From: an uncultured Bacteroidales bacterium
GTDB taxonomy: Bacteria > Bacteroidota > Bacteroidia > Bacteroidales > UBA10428
Length of the DNA: 64,000 nt
Assembly (NCBI GenBank): GCA_963705125.1
Contig: CAVPIY010000012.1
Coordinates: forward strand, 722,443-786,442
Direction: 5' to 3'
The first letter of the stretch is position 1. Each line of letters starts with the position of its first letter. The notes beneath the pieces are model-generated. The model searched no databases. It was not told the origin of the DNA and saw nothing but the letters and a program-made list of their open reading frames with translations. Below are positions 1 through 9,446 of the stretch, one piece after another. A program made the position numbers and the translations under genes.

Positions 1-455
1 GTGCGGGCCGCTTGTTTGATGCCATTGCAGCCATATCAGGGATTTGCATCAATGCCCTGTTTCATGCCGAAGCACCCATGAGGCTCGAATCCTGTATTAA
101 TCCGGATATTCACGATTGCTATGATTTTGAGATAAATACCAACATCTCATTCTTGCCGGCCATACGTCAAATCTGTTCTGATCTGGCGGCCGGGATCACA
201 ACCGATATCATATCCTCCCGGTTTCACAATACACTGGCTGAAGCCTCACGGCAAATGGTTCAGCATATTTCCCGGAATACCGGAATCAAAAAGGTAGTTT
301 TGTCGGGTGGTACCTTTCAGAATAAATACCTGTTTGAATTATTGGAAAACAAATTGCTAAAAGATAACTTCGCCGTGTTCTCGCACAGCAAGGTCCCCTG
401 CAATGACGGTGGTGTGGCACTTGGACAGTTAGCTGTGGCGGCTAGTAGGAAGTAA
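1..455 (+). CDS. hypF: carbamoyltransferase HypF, C-terminal fragment (5' end lies outside the window)
   Basis: The frame is open from the window edge. The tail ...VVLSGGTFQNKYLFELL...PCNDGGVALGQLAVAA is typical of the HypF C-terminus. It sits directly upstream of hypC-hypD. Confidence 0.8.
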   Translation, partial: AGRLFDAIAAISGICINALFHAEAPMRLESCINPDIHDCYDFEINTNISFLPAIRQICSDLAAGITTDIISSRFHNTLAEASRQMVQHISRNTGIKKVVLSGGTFQNKYLFELLENKLLKDNFAVFSHSKVPCNDGGVALGQLAVAASRK

Positions 456-591
456 CAAGGGACAAGGGACGAGGGACGAGGGACAAGGGACGAGGGACAA
501 GGGACAAGGGACGAGGGACAAGGGACAAGTCACTAATCACTAATTACTAATTACTAATCACTAATCACTAATTACTAATTACTAATTACTT
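456..591. repeat. two abutting heptanucleotide tandem arrays
   Basis: (A/G)AGGGAC occurs about 10 times (456-529), followed by T(C/T)ACTAA about 9 times (530-591). Together they fill the hypF-hypC spacer. Confidence 0.95.
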
Positions 592-593
592 AC

Positions 594-815
594 ATGTGTC
601 TAAGCATACCTGCCAAAATTCTATCCATTGAAGGCAATACCGCACAGGCTTCAGTGGGTGGGGCTGTAATTCGTACCAGTCTTCACCTGGTGGACGATGT
701 GAAAGTCGGAGATTACATCCTGATCCATACCGGATTTGCCTTGCAGAAGATCAGTGATGAAGAGGCGCTGGAGATGATCCGGATCATCCGGGAACTTGAA
801 CAGGAAATCCCTTGA
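594..815 (+). CDS. hypC: hydrogenase maturation chaperone HypC/HupF
   Basis: 73 aa with the N-terminal MCLSIP motif. The stop/start overlaps hypD as ATGA. Confidence 0.9.
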   Translation: MCLSIPAKILSIEGNTAQASVGGAVIRTSLHLVDDVKVGDYILIHTGFALQKISDEEALEMIRIIRELEQEIP

Positions 816-1891
816 TGAAATACCTTGACGAATACCGCGATAAGCAGCTGGTCAGCACACTGTCGGAGGCTATCCGGCGTAAATCCAGGCGAAAGATACG
901 CATCATGGAGGTTTGCGGCGGGCACACGATGGCCATACGTAAATATGGAATCCAGCATCTGATTCCTGAAACCATTGACCTTCTGTCCGGTCCGGGTTGC
1001 CCTGTTTGTGTGACCGACCGCACATCCATTGATAAGGCGATAACCCTGGCCCGCACAGCGGGTGTAATTATCACCACGTATGGTGATCTGATCCGGGTTC
1101 CGGGTTCTGATTCAAGCCTGAACCAGGAGAAAGCCCGGGGAGCAGATGTTCGCATCGTTTATTCAACGCTGGATGCATTGGAAATTGCCAGGACCAATCC
1201 ACACAGTAAAGTTGTTTTCCTGGGAATAGGATTCGAAACCACAGCACCTTCCAGTGCAGTGGCCATTATGGAGGCGGCAAAACAGGCGGTATCCAATTTC
1301 TATCTCCTCAGCATGCATAAGATCATGCCTCCCGCAATGGCAGGATTAATCGACCAGGGCATAATGATCGACGGATATATCGGACCGGGACATGTCACAA
1401 CCATTGCCGGTGCATCCATGTACAATGAACTGGTAGAGAAATACCACATTGCCGTTGTGATTTCCGGTTTTGAACCGGTCGACCTGCTGCAGACCATTTA
1501 TATGCTGGTATGCATGGCCGAAGAAGGAAGAACTGGTACCCTTATTCAATATAAAAGGGCGGTTACTCCTTCAGGCAATCTAAAAGCGAGAGATCTCGTA
1601 TCCCATGTTTTTGAAGCGGCAGACGATTCCTGGCGTGGATTGGGCATAATTCCAGGCAGCGGTCTGAAAATCAGGCCTGCATTCAGCCGGTTTGATGCCA
1701 GCCTGCATTTTGACCTCAGTACGGACCCTGTGACTGAACCAAAAGGCTGTCTTTGCGGGGAAGTACTCAGGGGTTTGAAAAAACCGGATCAGTGTGTCCT
1801 GTTCGGCAGCATCTGTACACCTGTGAATCCGGTTGGAGCATGCATGGTGTCCGGTGAAGGTGCCTGCCAGGCATTTTATAATTTCCGGTAA
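812..1891 (+). CDS. hypD: hydrogenase maturation protein HypD
   Basis: 359 aa. The EVCGGHT and GPGCPVCV motifs and the length are characteristic of HypD. Confidence 0.9.
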   Translation: MMKYLDEYRDKQLVSTLSEAIRRKSRRKIRIMEVCGGHTMAIRKYGIQHLIPETIDLLSGPGCPVCVTDRTSIDKAITLARTAGVIITTYGDLIRVPGSDSSLNQEKARGADVRIVYSTLDALEIARTNPHSKVVFLGIGFETTAPSSAVAIMEAAKQAVSNFYLLSMHKIMPPAMAGLIDQGIMIDGYIGPGHVTTIAGASMYNELVEKYHIAVVISGFEPVDLLQTIYMLVCMAEEGRTGTLIQYKRAVTPSGNLKARDLVSHVFEAADDSWRGLGIIPGSGLKIRPAFSRFDASLHFDLSTDPVTEPKGCLCGEVLRGLKKPDQCVLFGSICTPVNPVGACMVSGEGACQAFYNFR

Positions 1892-1949
1892 ATCGAAAAT
1901 TCTTTTATCTTTGACCGTCTCATAGACATATTTTAACTTCTTTTTCTTC

Positions 1950-3557
1950 ATGAATACCAAAAAGCGTCTTCTGCTATCTGTTATCAGCGGCTTGCTGTTA
2001 ACACCAGCCTGGTATGAATGGGGACATGGGCTTTTTCTGATCATAGCCCTTGTGCCATTGCTTTTTGTAGAAGATTACCTTGACCAGCATAAAAATGAAT
2101 ATGGTTCGGGTACCTTCTTTATATATGCCCTCATTACTTTCTTCATATGGAATACCGCCACAACCTGGTGGATCTTTTATGCTACCCTGATTGGGGTAAT
2201 AGCTGCCGTTCTGATCAATACTTTCATGTGGTCCATTGTAGCCTGGTTCTTTCATCTGGCCAAAAGAAGACTTGGCCCGCAATTCGGATACTTCAGCCTC
2301 ATTCTCTTTTGGATAACCTGGGAATATTTTTACCACAATTCAGAGATCTCCTGGCCCTGGCTGACCCTGGGCAATGGTTTTGCCTATAACATCAGGCTGA
2401 TCCAATGGTATGAGTATACGGGAGTACTCGGCGGATCATTGTGGGTTCTGTTACTCAATATATTAATATTCAATCTGATAAAAGGTTATACAGGAAATCC
2501 GGGAAGAAGGTTTTTCGCCCAACTTGCGGTTGTAATTGTCATTCTTGCCGGGCCTGTGGTCATTTCCCTGGTCAGATTCTATACATATACAGAAAAGCCG
2601 GCTCCGAAAAATGTTGTGGTCATTCAGCCCAACATCGATCCCTATCAAAAATTCGTTTCCATTCCCAGTTTGGACCAGACCAATGTTCAGCTGATCGAGG
2701 CAGCCAAAATGGCTGACTCCGCAGTCGATTATTTTATAGCCCCGGAAACATCCATCAACAATAACATCTGGATGGATGAGATAGAAGCGGTCCCTGATAT
2801 CCGGCTTATCAGGCAATTTCTATCCGCTTATCCCGGGGCAGCTTATATTCCTGGAATTCAGTGTTATAAGCGATATAAACCCGGAGAGAAGCTCTCCGGC
2901 AATGCACGTGAGATACCGGGAACCGGCATGTATTACGAAAGCTTTAATGCTGCCATTCAACTGGACTCCACCCGGAATGTACCCTTTTATTTCAAATCAA
3001 AACTGGTCGTGGGTGTTGAAAAGATGCCTTATGCCAGGTACCTCAGATTTTTGGAGAAGTTAACACTGAAACTGGGCGGTACGATGCGTGGATGGGGTAC
3101 GCAGGATTACCGGGGAGTATTTTACTCATGTATCGATTCAACAGGTGTCAGTCCCATTATCTGCTATGAATCCGTCTATGGTGAGTTTGTCACAGGATAC
3201 GTGAGGAACGGGGCAAATCTTCTTTTTGTGGTAACCAACGACGGCTGGTGGGGAGATACACCAGGTTACCATCAGCATGCCTCTTTTTCCAGCCTCCGTG
3301 CAATTGAAACACGCCGCAGTATAGCCCGTTCTGCAAATACCGGCATATCCAGTCTGATTAACCAGCGCGGCGAAGTGCTGCAGGAACTGGGTTGGTGGAA
3401 ACGGGGTGCCCTTAAAGGTACGCTGAACGCGAATGACAAGATGACCTATTATGTAAAAAATGGCGATTATCTTGGTCGAACAGCCTGTTTCTTCTCCCTG
3501 TTGATCGTTCTTGTATATATTACCCGTACGGTCCTTATCCGCTCCCGGAAGAGTTAA
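1950..3557 (+). CDS. lnt: apolipoprotein N-acyltransferase
   Basis: 535 aa with a multi-TM N-terminal half. The CN-hydrolase half carries ICYESVYGEF (catalytic Cys context) and NDGWWGDT. Confidence 0.85.
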   Translation: MNTKKRLLLSVISGLLLTPAWYEWGHGLFLIIALVPLLFVEDYLDQHKNEYGSGTFFIYALITFFIWNTATTWWIFYATLIGVIAAVLINTFMWSIVAWFFHLAKRRLGPQFGYFSLILFWITWEYFYHNSEISWPWLTLGNGFAYNIRLIQWYEYTGVLGGSLWVLLLNILIFNLIKGYTGNPGRRFFAQLAVVIVILAGPVVISLVRFYTYTEKPAPKNVVVIQPNIDPYQKFVSIPSLDQTNVQLIEAAKMADSAVDYFIAPETSINNNIWMDEIEAVPDIRLIRQFLSAYPGAAYIPGIQCYKRYKPGEKLSGNAREIPGTGMYYESFNAAIQLDSTRNVPFYFKSKLVVGVEKMPYARYLRFLEKLTLKLGGTMRGWGTQDYRGVFYSCIDSTGVSPIICYESVYGEFVTGYVRNGANLLFVVTNDGWWGDTPGYHQHASFSSLRAIETRRSIARSANTGISSLINQRGEVLQELGWWKRGALKGTLNANDKMTYYVKNGDYLGRTACFFSLLIVLVYITRTVLIRSRKS

Positions 3558-3560
3558 TCT

Positions 3561-3666
3561 GTTACAAGTTACAAGTTACAAGTTACGACTTACTATAAGA
3601 CCTGACCTGCCCGCACCCAAAACCCAATTCCCTACTTGTCCCTTGTCCCTTGTCCCTTGTCCCTGT
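3561..3666. repeat. pair of heptanucleotide arrays (GTTACAA x4; CTTGTCC x4) separated by a ~40-nt spacer
   Basis: GTTACAA-type units lie at 3561-3593 and CTTGTCC units at 3635-3666. The second array is the reverse complement of the GGGACAA unit at 456-529 and encodes the last codons of xseB. Confidence 0.9.
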
Positions 3667-3868
3667 TACTGTCATCCAAATCCTCCAAAATCTTCTCGAT
3701 ATCCTTCTCGGTCTGGAATAATTTACCCTTACAAAGCTTCAGCAGTTCTGAGGCCTGCTTCACCTTTTCGGCCAGTTCATCAACGTCCAGTTCCCCGGTT
3801 TCGATCTGGTGAAGGATGTCTTCGATTGCAGTCACTGCTTCCGTATAAGTCAGGTTCTTCTTTGCCAT
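3632..3868 (-). CDS. xseB: exodeoxyribonuclease VII small subunit
   Basis: 78 aa with an XseB-like core, LTYTEAVTAIEDILHQIETGELDVDELAEKVKQASELLKLCKGKL. It is adjacent to xseA. The C-terminal RDKGQGTRDK tail is encoded by the heptamer array. Confidence 0.85.
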   Translation of the reverse strand: MAKKNLTYTEAVTAIEDILHQIETGELDVDELAEKVKQASELLKLCKGKLFQTEKDIEKILEDLDDSNRDKGQGTRDK

Positions 3869-3878
3869 GGTATGATGT

Positions 3879-5114
3879 TCAGGTTGTTTTGCTTTTCAGT
3901 ATTCCCCCGGTGACACGGGTTGTAAGATCCGCGTTTTTCGGAACGGTTGCCGGATCCTTCACAGCTTTGCCCAGATAATACGTTACAGAATAGCCTCTTG
4001 TCAGGATCTGGAATGGGTCCAGGTATGTGTTTTTCTTATCAAGCATGTCCAGTGTATGTTTTTCTTGCTTCAGAAAGGCAAGACTGCTTTCCCGGATTTG
4101 CCCTGACTTGATTGTCATCCGGTGTGAGGCCCTGATCAGACATTCTTTTGATACCGGTTTCAGCGTTAGCAGGTAGATGTTCAGCCGGTTCTTTGCTTCT
4201 TCAACAAGGGATTGGGCAGCATCGGTCAAGGTCAGTGATAGCGTATTGATTTTCTCATCTGCCTGTCTGAACAGGCCGATCAAAAACTCGGCCACTGCCG
4301 TAGGCGTTTTTAAGCGGGTATGTGCTACCAGGTCCGCAATGGTTTCATCCTGTTCATGTCCGATACCGGTGAGGACGGGCAAGGGGAACTGGCAGATGTG
4401 ATAGGCAAGCCAATAGCTGTTAAAGCAATTGAGTTCCGATTGGGCGCCTCCACCCCGGATGATCACCACAAGGTCGAATAACGGTTCAACCGTAAAAACA
4501 GCATCGAGAGCAGCTATGATTGACTGTTCGGCTTCCTCACCCTGCATGACCGCAGGAAATAATTTCACATAGAATTTGTAGCCAAAAGCATTCCCGGTGA
4601 GCTGGTCCATGAAATCACCCAGTCCGGCTGCGGTCTCTGATGAGATAACGGCTATCCTGCGTGGCAGTTCAGAAAGGGCAAGCGCTTTGTTCATGTCAAA
4701 TACACCCTCCGCAACCAGCCGGTTAATGACCTCCTGCTTTTGCCGGGCCATCTCACCGATCGTATAAGAGGGTTCAATATCGGTGATATTCAGGCTAAAC
4801 CCGTATAATTCATGAAACTCTGCAGTGACTTTAACCATGACCTTCATACCGGCAGCAAGGCGTGTACCCGTGGTGGTTTCAAAATAAGGCTGGATCATTC
4901 GGTAAACCGAAGACCATATCGTAGCCCTTGCCCTGGCCAAAATGGATTCTCCGGTTGATTCCTTTTCTATGAGTTCAAGATAGCAGTGACCGCTATAATT
5001 GACTTTTAGCTCGCTGACCTCAGCAACCACCCAGAATGCAAAAGGAAGATTATTTTTGATGCTCGATCTTACCTGACCCAGGAGTTGGTATAGTGATAAT
5101 GACTGATTTTCCAT
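3879..5114 (-). CDS. xseA: exodeoxyribonuclease VII large subunit
   Basis: 411 aa with an OB-fold N-terminus (FWVVAEVSELKVNYSGHCYLELIEKE) and an XseA catalytic region. It is paired with xseB. Confidence 0.9.
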   Translation of the reverse strand: MENQSLSLYQLLGQVRSSIKNNLPFAFWVVAEVSELKVNYSGHCYLELIEKESTGESILARARATIWSSVYRMIQPYFETTTGTRLAAGMKVMVKVTAEFHELYGFSLNITDIEPSYTIGEMARQKQEVINRLVAEGVFDMNKALALSELPRRIAVISSETAAGLGDFMDQLTGNAFGYKFYVKLFPAVMQGEEAEQSIIAALDAVFTVEPLFDLVVIIRGGGAQSELNCFNSYWLAYHICQFPLPVLTGIGHEQDETIADLVAHTRLKTPTAVAEFLIGLFRQADEKINTLSLTLTDAAQSLVEEAKNRLNIYLLTLKPVSKECLIRASHRMTIKSGQIRESSLAFLKQEKHTLDMLDKKNTYLDPFQILTRGYSVTYYLGKAVKDPATVPKNADLTTRVTGGILKSKTT

Positions 5115-5117
5115 GAC

Positions 5118-6866
5118 TCAGAATTTGATCAGTTTGGACAAACTGCTTCGATCAGCAATGGTTACCTTCAGTGTATAAATTCCTTTGTATAGACCAGCCA
5201 GGTCATTCTCAACTACAATGTATTTTCTTCCCGCAAAGCCTGGGTAAAGTTCATGAAATACTTCCCTTCCGGCCAGGTCTATCATACTCACATCAACCGG
5301 ATCATCCACCGGGGAAGGAAAAACAATGTAAAATTCAACGCCAAATGGATTGGGAAATGCAATTATACTCTCATTTTCCGGAAATCCTTCTTCCAGGCGG
5401 TTCAGCAAAACATGGGCAAGATTAAAATCAGGAATGCCGTAACCGTAATCAGCATCAGGCTGTGTGAACCGGTCACTGCTTTCCCTGATCGCGTTCAGCA
5501 CTTCCATGGAAGTTGCTTCGGGATTGGCCTGCCACAGGCAGGCAGCCAGGCCGGTTATAACAGGCGCTGAAAGGGAGGTGCCGTTTCCCTGCCTGACTCC
5601 GCTTTCAAAACCGGCCACCCAGGTTCCCTTGCCAATGGCCACTATATCGGGCTTCACCCGCATGTTTGATGAGGGACCCCTGCTGCTGAAATCGGCAATA
5701 TAGCCATTGGCATCGATGGCACCCACGGCAAGTACACTGTCAGCATCGGCGGGAGCTGAAATGTAATGCCAGTTGCCAGCACCCAGATTGCCCGCGCTCA
5801 CCACCACCAGCATGCCTTTGGAAGCTGCTATATCCGCTGCCCGGGAAATACGCGTGGTATTGCCATCCATATCAGCATAGGTATGATCCATTAGGTGATT
5901 ATCAAACTGCGAATAACCCAGCGATGTATTCAGGATATCTGCACCTGCACTGTCGGCAAACTCTGCAGCTGCAGCCCAGTTATCTTCTTCGATCAGATAT
6001 TCCGAACCTGCATCCTCACAACGCAGCAGCCAGAAGTCAGCATCCGGGGATGTTCCGATCAGTTCACCCGGCAGATTACCGCCCATAACCGAAAGCACAA
6101 CCATGCCATGGCTATGTCCTTCGTAAAGATTGCTGCCTGCCATAACAAAATCGTGCGTACCCAGGATCTGATCGTTTTCCCATAAATAGCTGAAAGCAGG
6201 AAGCTGATCCACGTGGTAGAAACCGGCATCGAGAATGGCAATCGTAACACCCTGTCCGGTAAATCCCTGTTCATGCAGGGTTTGCCCCTTGTGAATTGCA
6301 GTTTGCCATTCTGATACACCATAGTTGAGATACTGATGGTTAAATAATTGTGCCCTGCCAGTATCCTGGATCTTCTTTATTGTGGAAGTCCTGATCCCGT
6401 ATACTACATTCTTCTTTACGAAAGTAAAACGGGCAATCCGTTGGAGTATAGTGTCTGATGTTGCCTTTATGGTAACTGAGTTGAACCATTTTGAAATGGT
6501 GAGTACTTCAGCACCGGTTGACCGGATGCTGTCAATGTATACAGGAGAAACCGGCAGATCCTTGTACTCCAATGAAATTCCCTGTTTCTGCCTTCTTTCT
6601 ATTGATTTTTCTGAAAGAAATTCCTGTGGGGTATCAAGCGAATATGGATTATTATCCTTGTTTATGAATTCTATCCGGTATCGCTGTGGAGCGGTCTCCT
6701 CAAAAAATACCTGGGCAAAGCCCGGTTGTGTCAAGAAGAGATACAGCGTACCTGCAACCAGTATCCTATGGAATGGCAAAATCCTTCCGTGGCCTGTATT
6801 ACCTGCCTGAAGGCGCAAGAAAATTCGTCTCATCAGGTTCCTCAAATTTACCCTGGTTATCATCAA
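5118..6866 (-). CDS. S8 family serine peptidase with T9SS C-terminal sorting domain
   Basis: Subtilase triad contexts are present: VTIAILDAGF, HGMVVLS, GTSLSAPVITG. The C-terminal FPNPF...IYTLKV...KLIKF resembles a T9SS CTD. An alternative start lies at 6833. Confidence 0.85.
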   Translation of the reverse strand: MMITRVNLRNLMRRIFLRLQAGNTGHGRILPFHRILVAGTLYLFLTQPGFAQVFFEETAPQRYRIEFINKDNNPYSLDTPQEFLSEKSIERRQKQGISLEYKDLPVSPVYIDSIRSTGAEVLTISKWFNSVTIKATSDTILQRIARFTFVKKNVVYGIRTSTIKKIQDTGRAQLFNHQYLNYGVSEWQTAIHKGQTLHEQGFTGQGVTIAILDAGFYHVDQLPAFSYLWENDQILGTHDFVMAGSNLYEGHSHGMVVLSVMGGNLPGELIGTSPDADFWLLRCEDAGSEYLIEEDNWAAAAEFADSAGADILNTSLGYSQFDNHLMDHTYADMDGNTTRISRAADIAASKGMLVVVSAGNLGAGNWHYISAPADADSVLAVGAIDANGYIADFSSRGPSSNMRVKPDIVAIGKGTWVAGFESGVRQGNGTSLSAPVITGLAACLWQANPEATSMEVLNAIRESSDRFTQPDADYGYGIPDFNLAHVLLNRLEEGFPENESIIAFPNPFGVEFYIVFPSPVDDPVDVSMIDLAGREVFHELYPGFAGRKYIVVENDLAGLYKGIYTLKVTIADRSSLSKLIKF

Positions 6867-7596
6867 TCATCCGGAATAGCTCCTGCTGTCTTTCATTCAG
6901 CTTATCTTCATTCGCTGTTATGCCATCTTTGTATTCCAGCTCCAGGTCTACAGTCCCATCCTCTTTAAAGAATATCCATTTTCCGTCCTGGAGGTCATTT
7001 TTGTATACACCCCTTAAATAAGGATTCCCCTTGTCATAGTTCACCAGGAAGTCTCCTGTGAGCCTGTCCTCATGATAGGATCCTTTCAGTTTAAGGATAT
7101 TATTGCTGAAATACTGCTCCCAGGGTCCCTCTTTTTTGTTGTTGACCCAGGTAAGCTTCTCTGAGAGGTTCCCGTTGTTGTAATAATGAAGCATAAGCCC
7201 GTTCCGGAGACCCTTTGAGTAAACTTCACGTGATGTGAGCGTATGGTCATAATAGCTGTAATAAGACCATGTACTGTCCTTTTGCGAATTATAGTACCAT
7301 CCCTCGGCTGCAAGCTGACCGTCGGCATAAAAAAGCCTGGCATGGGCACATTCACTTTTGTTGTCATAGAACAGCACAGCCCTCCTTGCCCCGGTTTCAT
7401 AATAACGCTGCATTTCCCCAACCGGTTTGTCATCCTTGAAAAATCCTTTATACATCAGATTGCCGTTGGAATAGGATTTTTTCCACCAGCCCTGTTTCAG
7501 GTTGCGGGCATCAGTCTGGTTGAAGAGGGTATCATTCTGGGCCTGTACAATGAAAGCCGTATACATCAATAACGTAATTATGAAAGAAAAACGCAT
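6799..7596 (-). CDS. MORN-repeat-variant (YwqK-like) protein with signal peptide
   Basis: It contains repeated G-W-x-x-Y-x-x-G type units. I chose the start at MRFSFIITLLMYTAFIVQAQ (signal peptide) rather than the ORF-track start at 7653. Confidence 0.6.
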   Translation of the reverse strand: MRFSFIITLLMYTAFIVQAQNDTLFNQTDARNLKQGWWKKSYSNGNLMYKGFFKDDKPVGEMQRYYETGARRAVLFYDNKSECAHARLFYADGQLAAEGWYYNSQKDSTWSYYSYYDHTLTSREVYSKGLRNGLMLHYYNNGNLSEKLTWVNNKKEGPWEQYFSNNILKLKGSYHEDRLTGDFLVNYDKGNPYLRGVYKNDLQDGKWIFFKEDGTVDLELEYKDGITANEDKLNERQQELFRMIDDNQGKFEEPDETNFLAPSGR

Positions 7597-7737
7597 TTTT
7601 CCGGGATATTGCTGATCAGGGTGTAAAGATAGCAAAAAAGGGGTGTTCAGCATATGTTACCTCGATGTAGTTATAGTATTGATTCTGAAATTTTTGACAA
7701 ATTACTTGACAATGGCTTCATTATTTTGTATCTTATT

Positions 7738-7766
7738 ACCCTGTCAGGGTGGCACCCTGACAGGGT
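7738..7766 (+). promoter_or_regulatory. perfect 13-bp stem / 3-nt loop hairpin in the leader of the DUF362 gene
   Basis: The sequence is ACCCTGTCAGGGT-GGC-ACCCTGACAGGGT. It lies 27 nt upstream of the ATG at 7793 and downstream of tandem TTGACA boxes at 7694-7713. Confidence 0.4.
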
Positions 7767-7792
7767 CAATTTAACTCCAAGAAATCTATCTT

Positions 7793-8890
7793 ATGAAAAC
7801 AACCAGACATTCCGGTCTTGACCGGAGGGAATTCCTGAAAAAAAGTGTGGTTACCATGGGCGCATTGGCTGCTGCACCGGCTATTAATTCTTTTGATCAA
7901 CTTTTTACTGCTTCCCAATCGGTGGTCAGTATAGTGAAAATACAGGATGACCGGGTGGATTATGCGGTTGAGAAGGCGATCGACCTGCTGGGCGGCATCA
8001 AACAGGTTACACAACACAAACAGAAGATCATGCTGAAACCCAACCTGGTGGCAGATGATCCGAACTGTACCACAAAACCGGTTGTCATTAAAACCCTTGC
8101 CAGAATGATGAAAACAGCCGGTAAAGACGTGCTGATCGGTGAAGGATCAGCGGCTGCAGGAGGAATCAATGCAGACGATAACGGGATTTACTTCACCCGG
8201 AATCCTGAATTGCTTGATAAAATGCAGCAACAGGTATTCGATACCCTGGGGTATACGGATCTGGCCAGGGAGCTTGGTATCCCCCTGATCAACCTGCATA
8301 CGGGTGAAATGGTTGAGGTGGAGGTCCCGGATGCCCATTACTTTAAAAAGCTAACCATACATCGCTCCCTGCGGGATATCGACCTGTTGTGTTCGGTACC
8401 CATGATGAAGACTCATGTACTGGCCACCGTTACTCTGGGATTAAAGAATGTGATAGGCCTCTACCCGGGAACAGCCTATTGTTCGGTGAGATCTTGCGTG
8501 CATGCAGAGGCCGAGCAGGGCGGATCACCCGGTATTGCCTATGAGATACTTGACATGGTGAAGGCCAATAAAATGGGACTGACTGTCATCGATGGTTCCA
8601 TGTCCATGGAAGGAGATGGCCCTTCAGGCGGCCCGCTGGTCAAAACAGATCTGATCATTGCCGGCACCAATCCCCTGGCCACCGATATGGTGGCTGCAGC
8701 TACCATGGGTTATGAACCCGGTGAGGTCCCCACCTTCGACCTCGCCCATAAATCGGGCATGAAACCTGATACGCTTGATGAAATAGAGATCAGGGGTGAA
8801 AAAATAGAATCAGTCAGGCGGATTTTTGCAAGGGCCAATGTAATACCTTTTCATAGCATTAAGGATTGGTGGGGGGTTAAGGAGGTGTAG
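7793..8890 (+). CDS. DUF362 domain protein with twin-arginine signal
   Basis: 365 aa with the N-terminus GLDRREFLKKSVVTMGALAAAPA (Tat-like). The KIMLKPNLV... core is typical of DUF362. Confidence 0.65.
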   Translation: MKTTRHSGLDRREFLKKSVVTMGALAAAPAINSFDQLFTASQSVVSIVKIQDDRVDYAVEKAIDLLGGIKQVTQHKQKIMLKPNLVADDPNCTTKPVVIKTLARMMKTAGKDVLIGEGSAAAGGINADDNGIYFTRNPELLDKMQQQVFDTLGYTDLARELGIPLINLHTGEMVEVEVPDAHYFKKLTIHRSLRDIDLLCSVPMMKTHVLATVTLGLKNVIGLYPGTAYCSVRSCVHAEAEQGGSPGIAYEILDMVKANKMGLTVIDGSMSMEGDGPSGGPLVKTDLIIAGTNPLATDMVAAATMGYEPGEVPTFDLAHKSGMKPDTLDEIEIRGEKIESVRRIFARANVIPFHSIKDWWGVKEV

Positions 8891-8902
8891 AAGCGGTAAC
8901 CG

Positions 8903-8948
8903 GTATTCAGTAATCAGTAATCAGTAATCAGTATTCAGTATTCAGCAG
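8903..8948. repeat. heptanucleotide tandem array TCAGTA(A/T) x ~6
   Basis: The tandem units are read directly from the sequence, between the convergent DUF362 and zinc-ribbon genes. Confidence 0.9.
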
Positions 8949-8954
8949 ATTGTA

Positions 8955-9218
8955 TTACTTTTTCCACCGCTCGAGCCTGCCCATACCCATTGTCATGAAC
9001 TTCGCAACAAACCGGGGATATTTCATTTCCACCAATTTGTCCACCACAAAATCACGCATTTGCGGCTTGGTCATGTCGGGTTCGAAGAACTGGCCGTTCT
9101 GGTAGCAATAGCTGCAATACATAGCGGATCTGGTACCATCAGCATTGGTCCCTCCGCCTTGCGGGTCCTGCTTGAAAGGCATCATACAGCTCTGGCAGAA
9201 TTTGTAGGTTTTTTCCAT
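8955..9218 (-). CDS. zinc-ribbon domain protein
   Basis: 87 aa with CQSC...CSYC cysteine pairs. The pattern FCQSCMMP...YCSYCY resembles the putative zinc-ribbon (Zn_ribbon_2) family. Confidence 0.65.
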   Translation of the reverse strand: MEKTYKFCQSCMMPFKQDPQGGGTNADGTRSAMYCSYCYQNGQFFEPDMTKPQMRDFVVDKLVEMKYPRFVAKFMTMGMGRLERWKK

Positions 9219-9228
9219 GGAACAGGAT

Positions 9229-9269
9229 GTTAGTTGATAGTTGATAGTTGTGTGTTGTGTGTGTTGATT
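9229..9269. repeat. heptanucleotide-type tandem array (AGTTGAT / GTTGTGT units)
   Basis: The tandem units are read directly from the sequence. They lie just upstream of the zinc-ribbon gene. Confidence 0.8.
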
Positions 9270-9446
9270 ATAATCTAATCAAGTTTGCTGTTTATAATGT
9301 AAGAAAAATACGCTGGTTCTCAAAACAAAATGCCCAAAAAAATCCAATATTATTTTTTCGTCACCCCTGAATATAATCTGTAAAGATTGAGTAGATTTAA
9401 AGTATCCCAAATGTTTAAATTCCGATAACCACCATCTAACATTCCT

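Noticed and set aside
456-591. The tandem arrays and hairpin arrays, here and at 25514-25585, 51803-51990 and 57902-58113, might be CRISPR arrays.
   Set aside because: The heptamer arrays have a 7-nt period and no spacers. The hairpin arrays lack a constant 24-48-nt repeat alternating with unique spacers. No cas genes are present.
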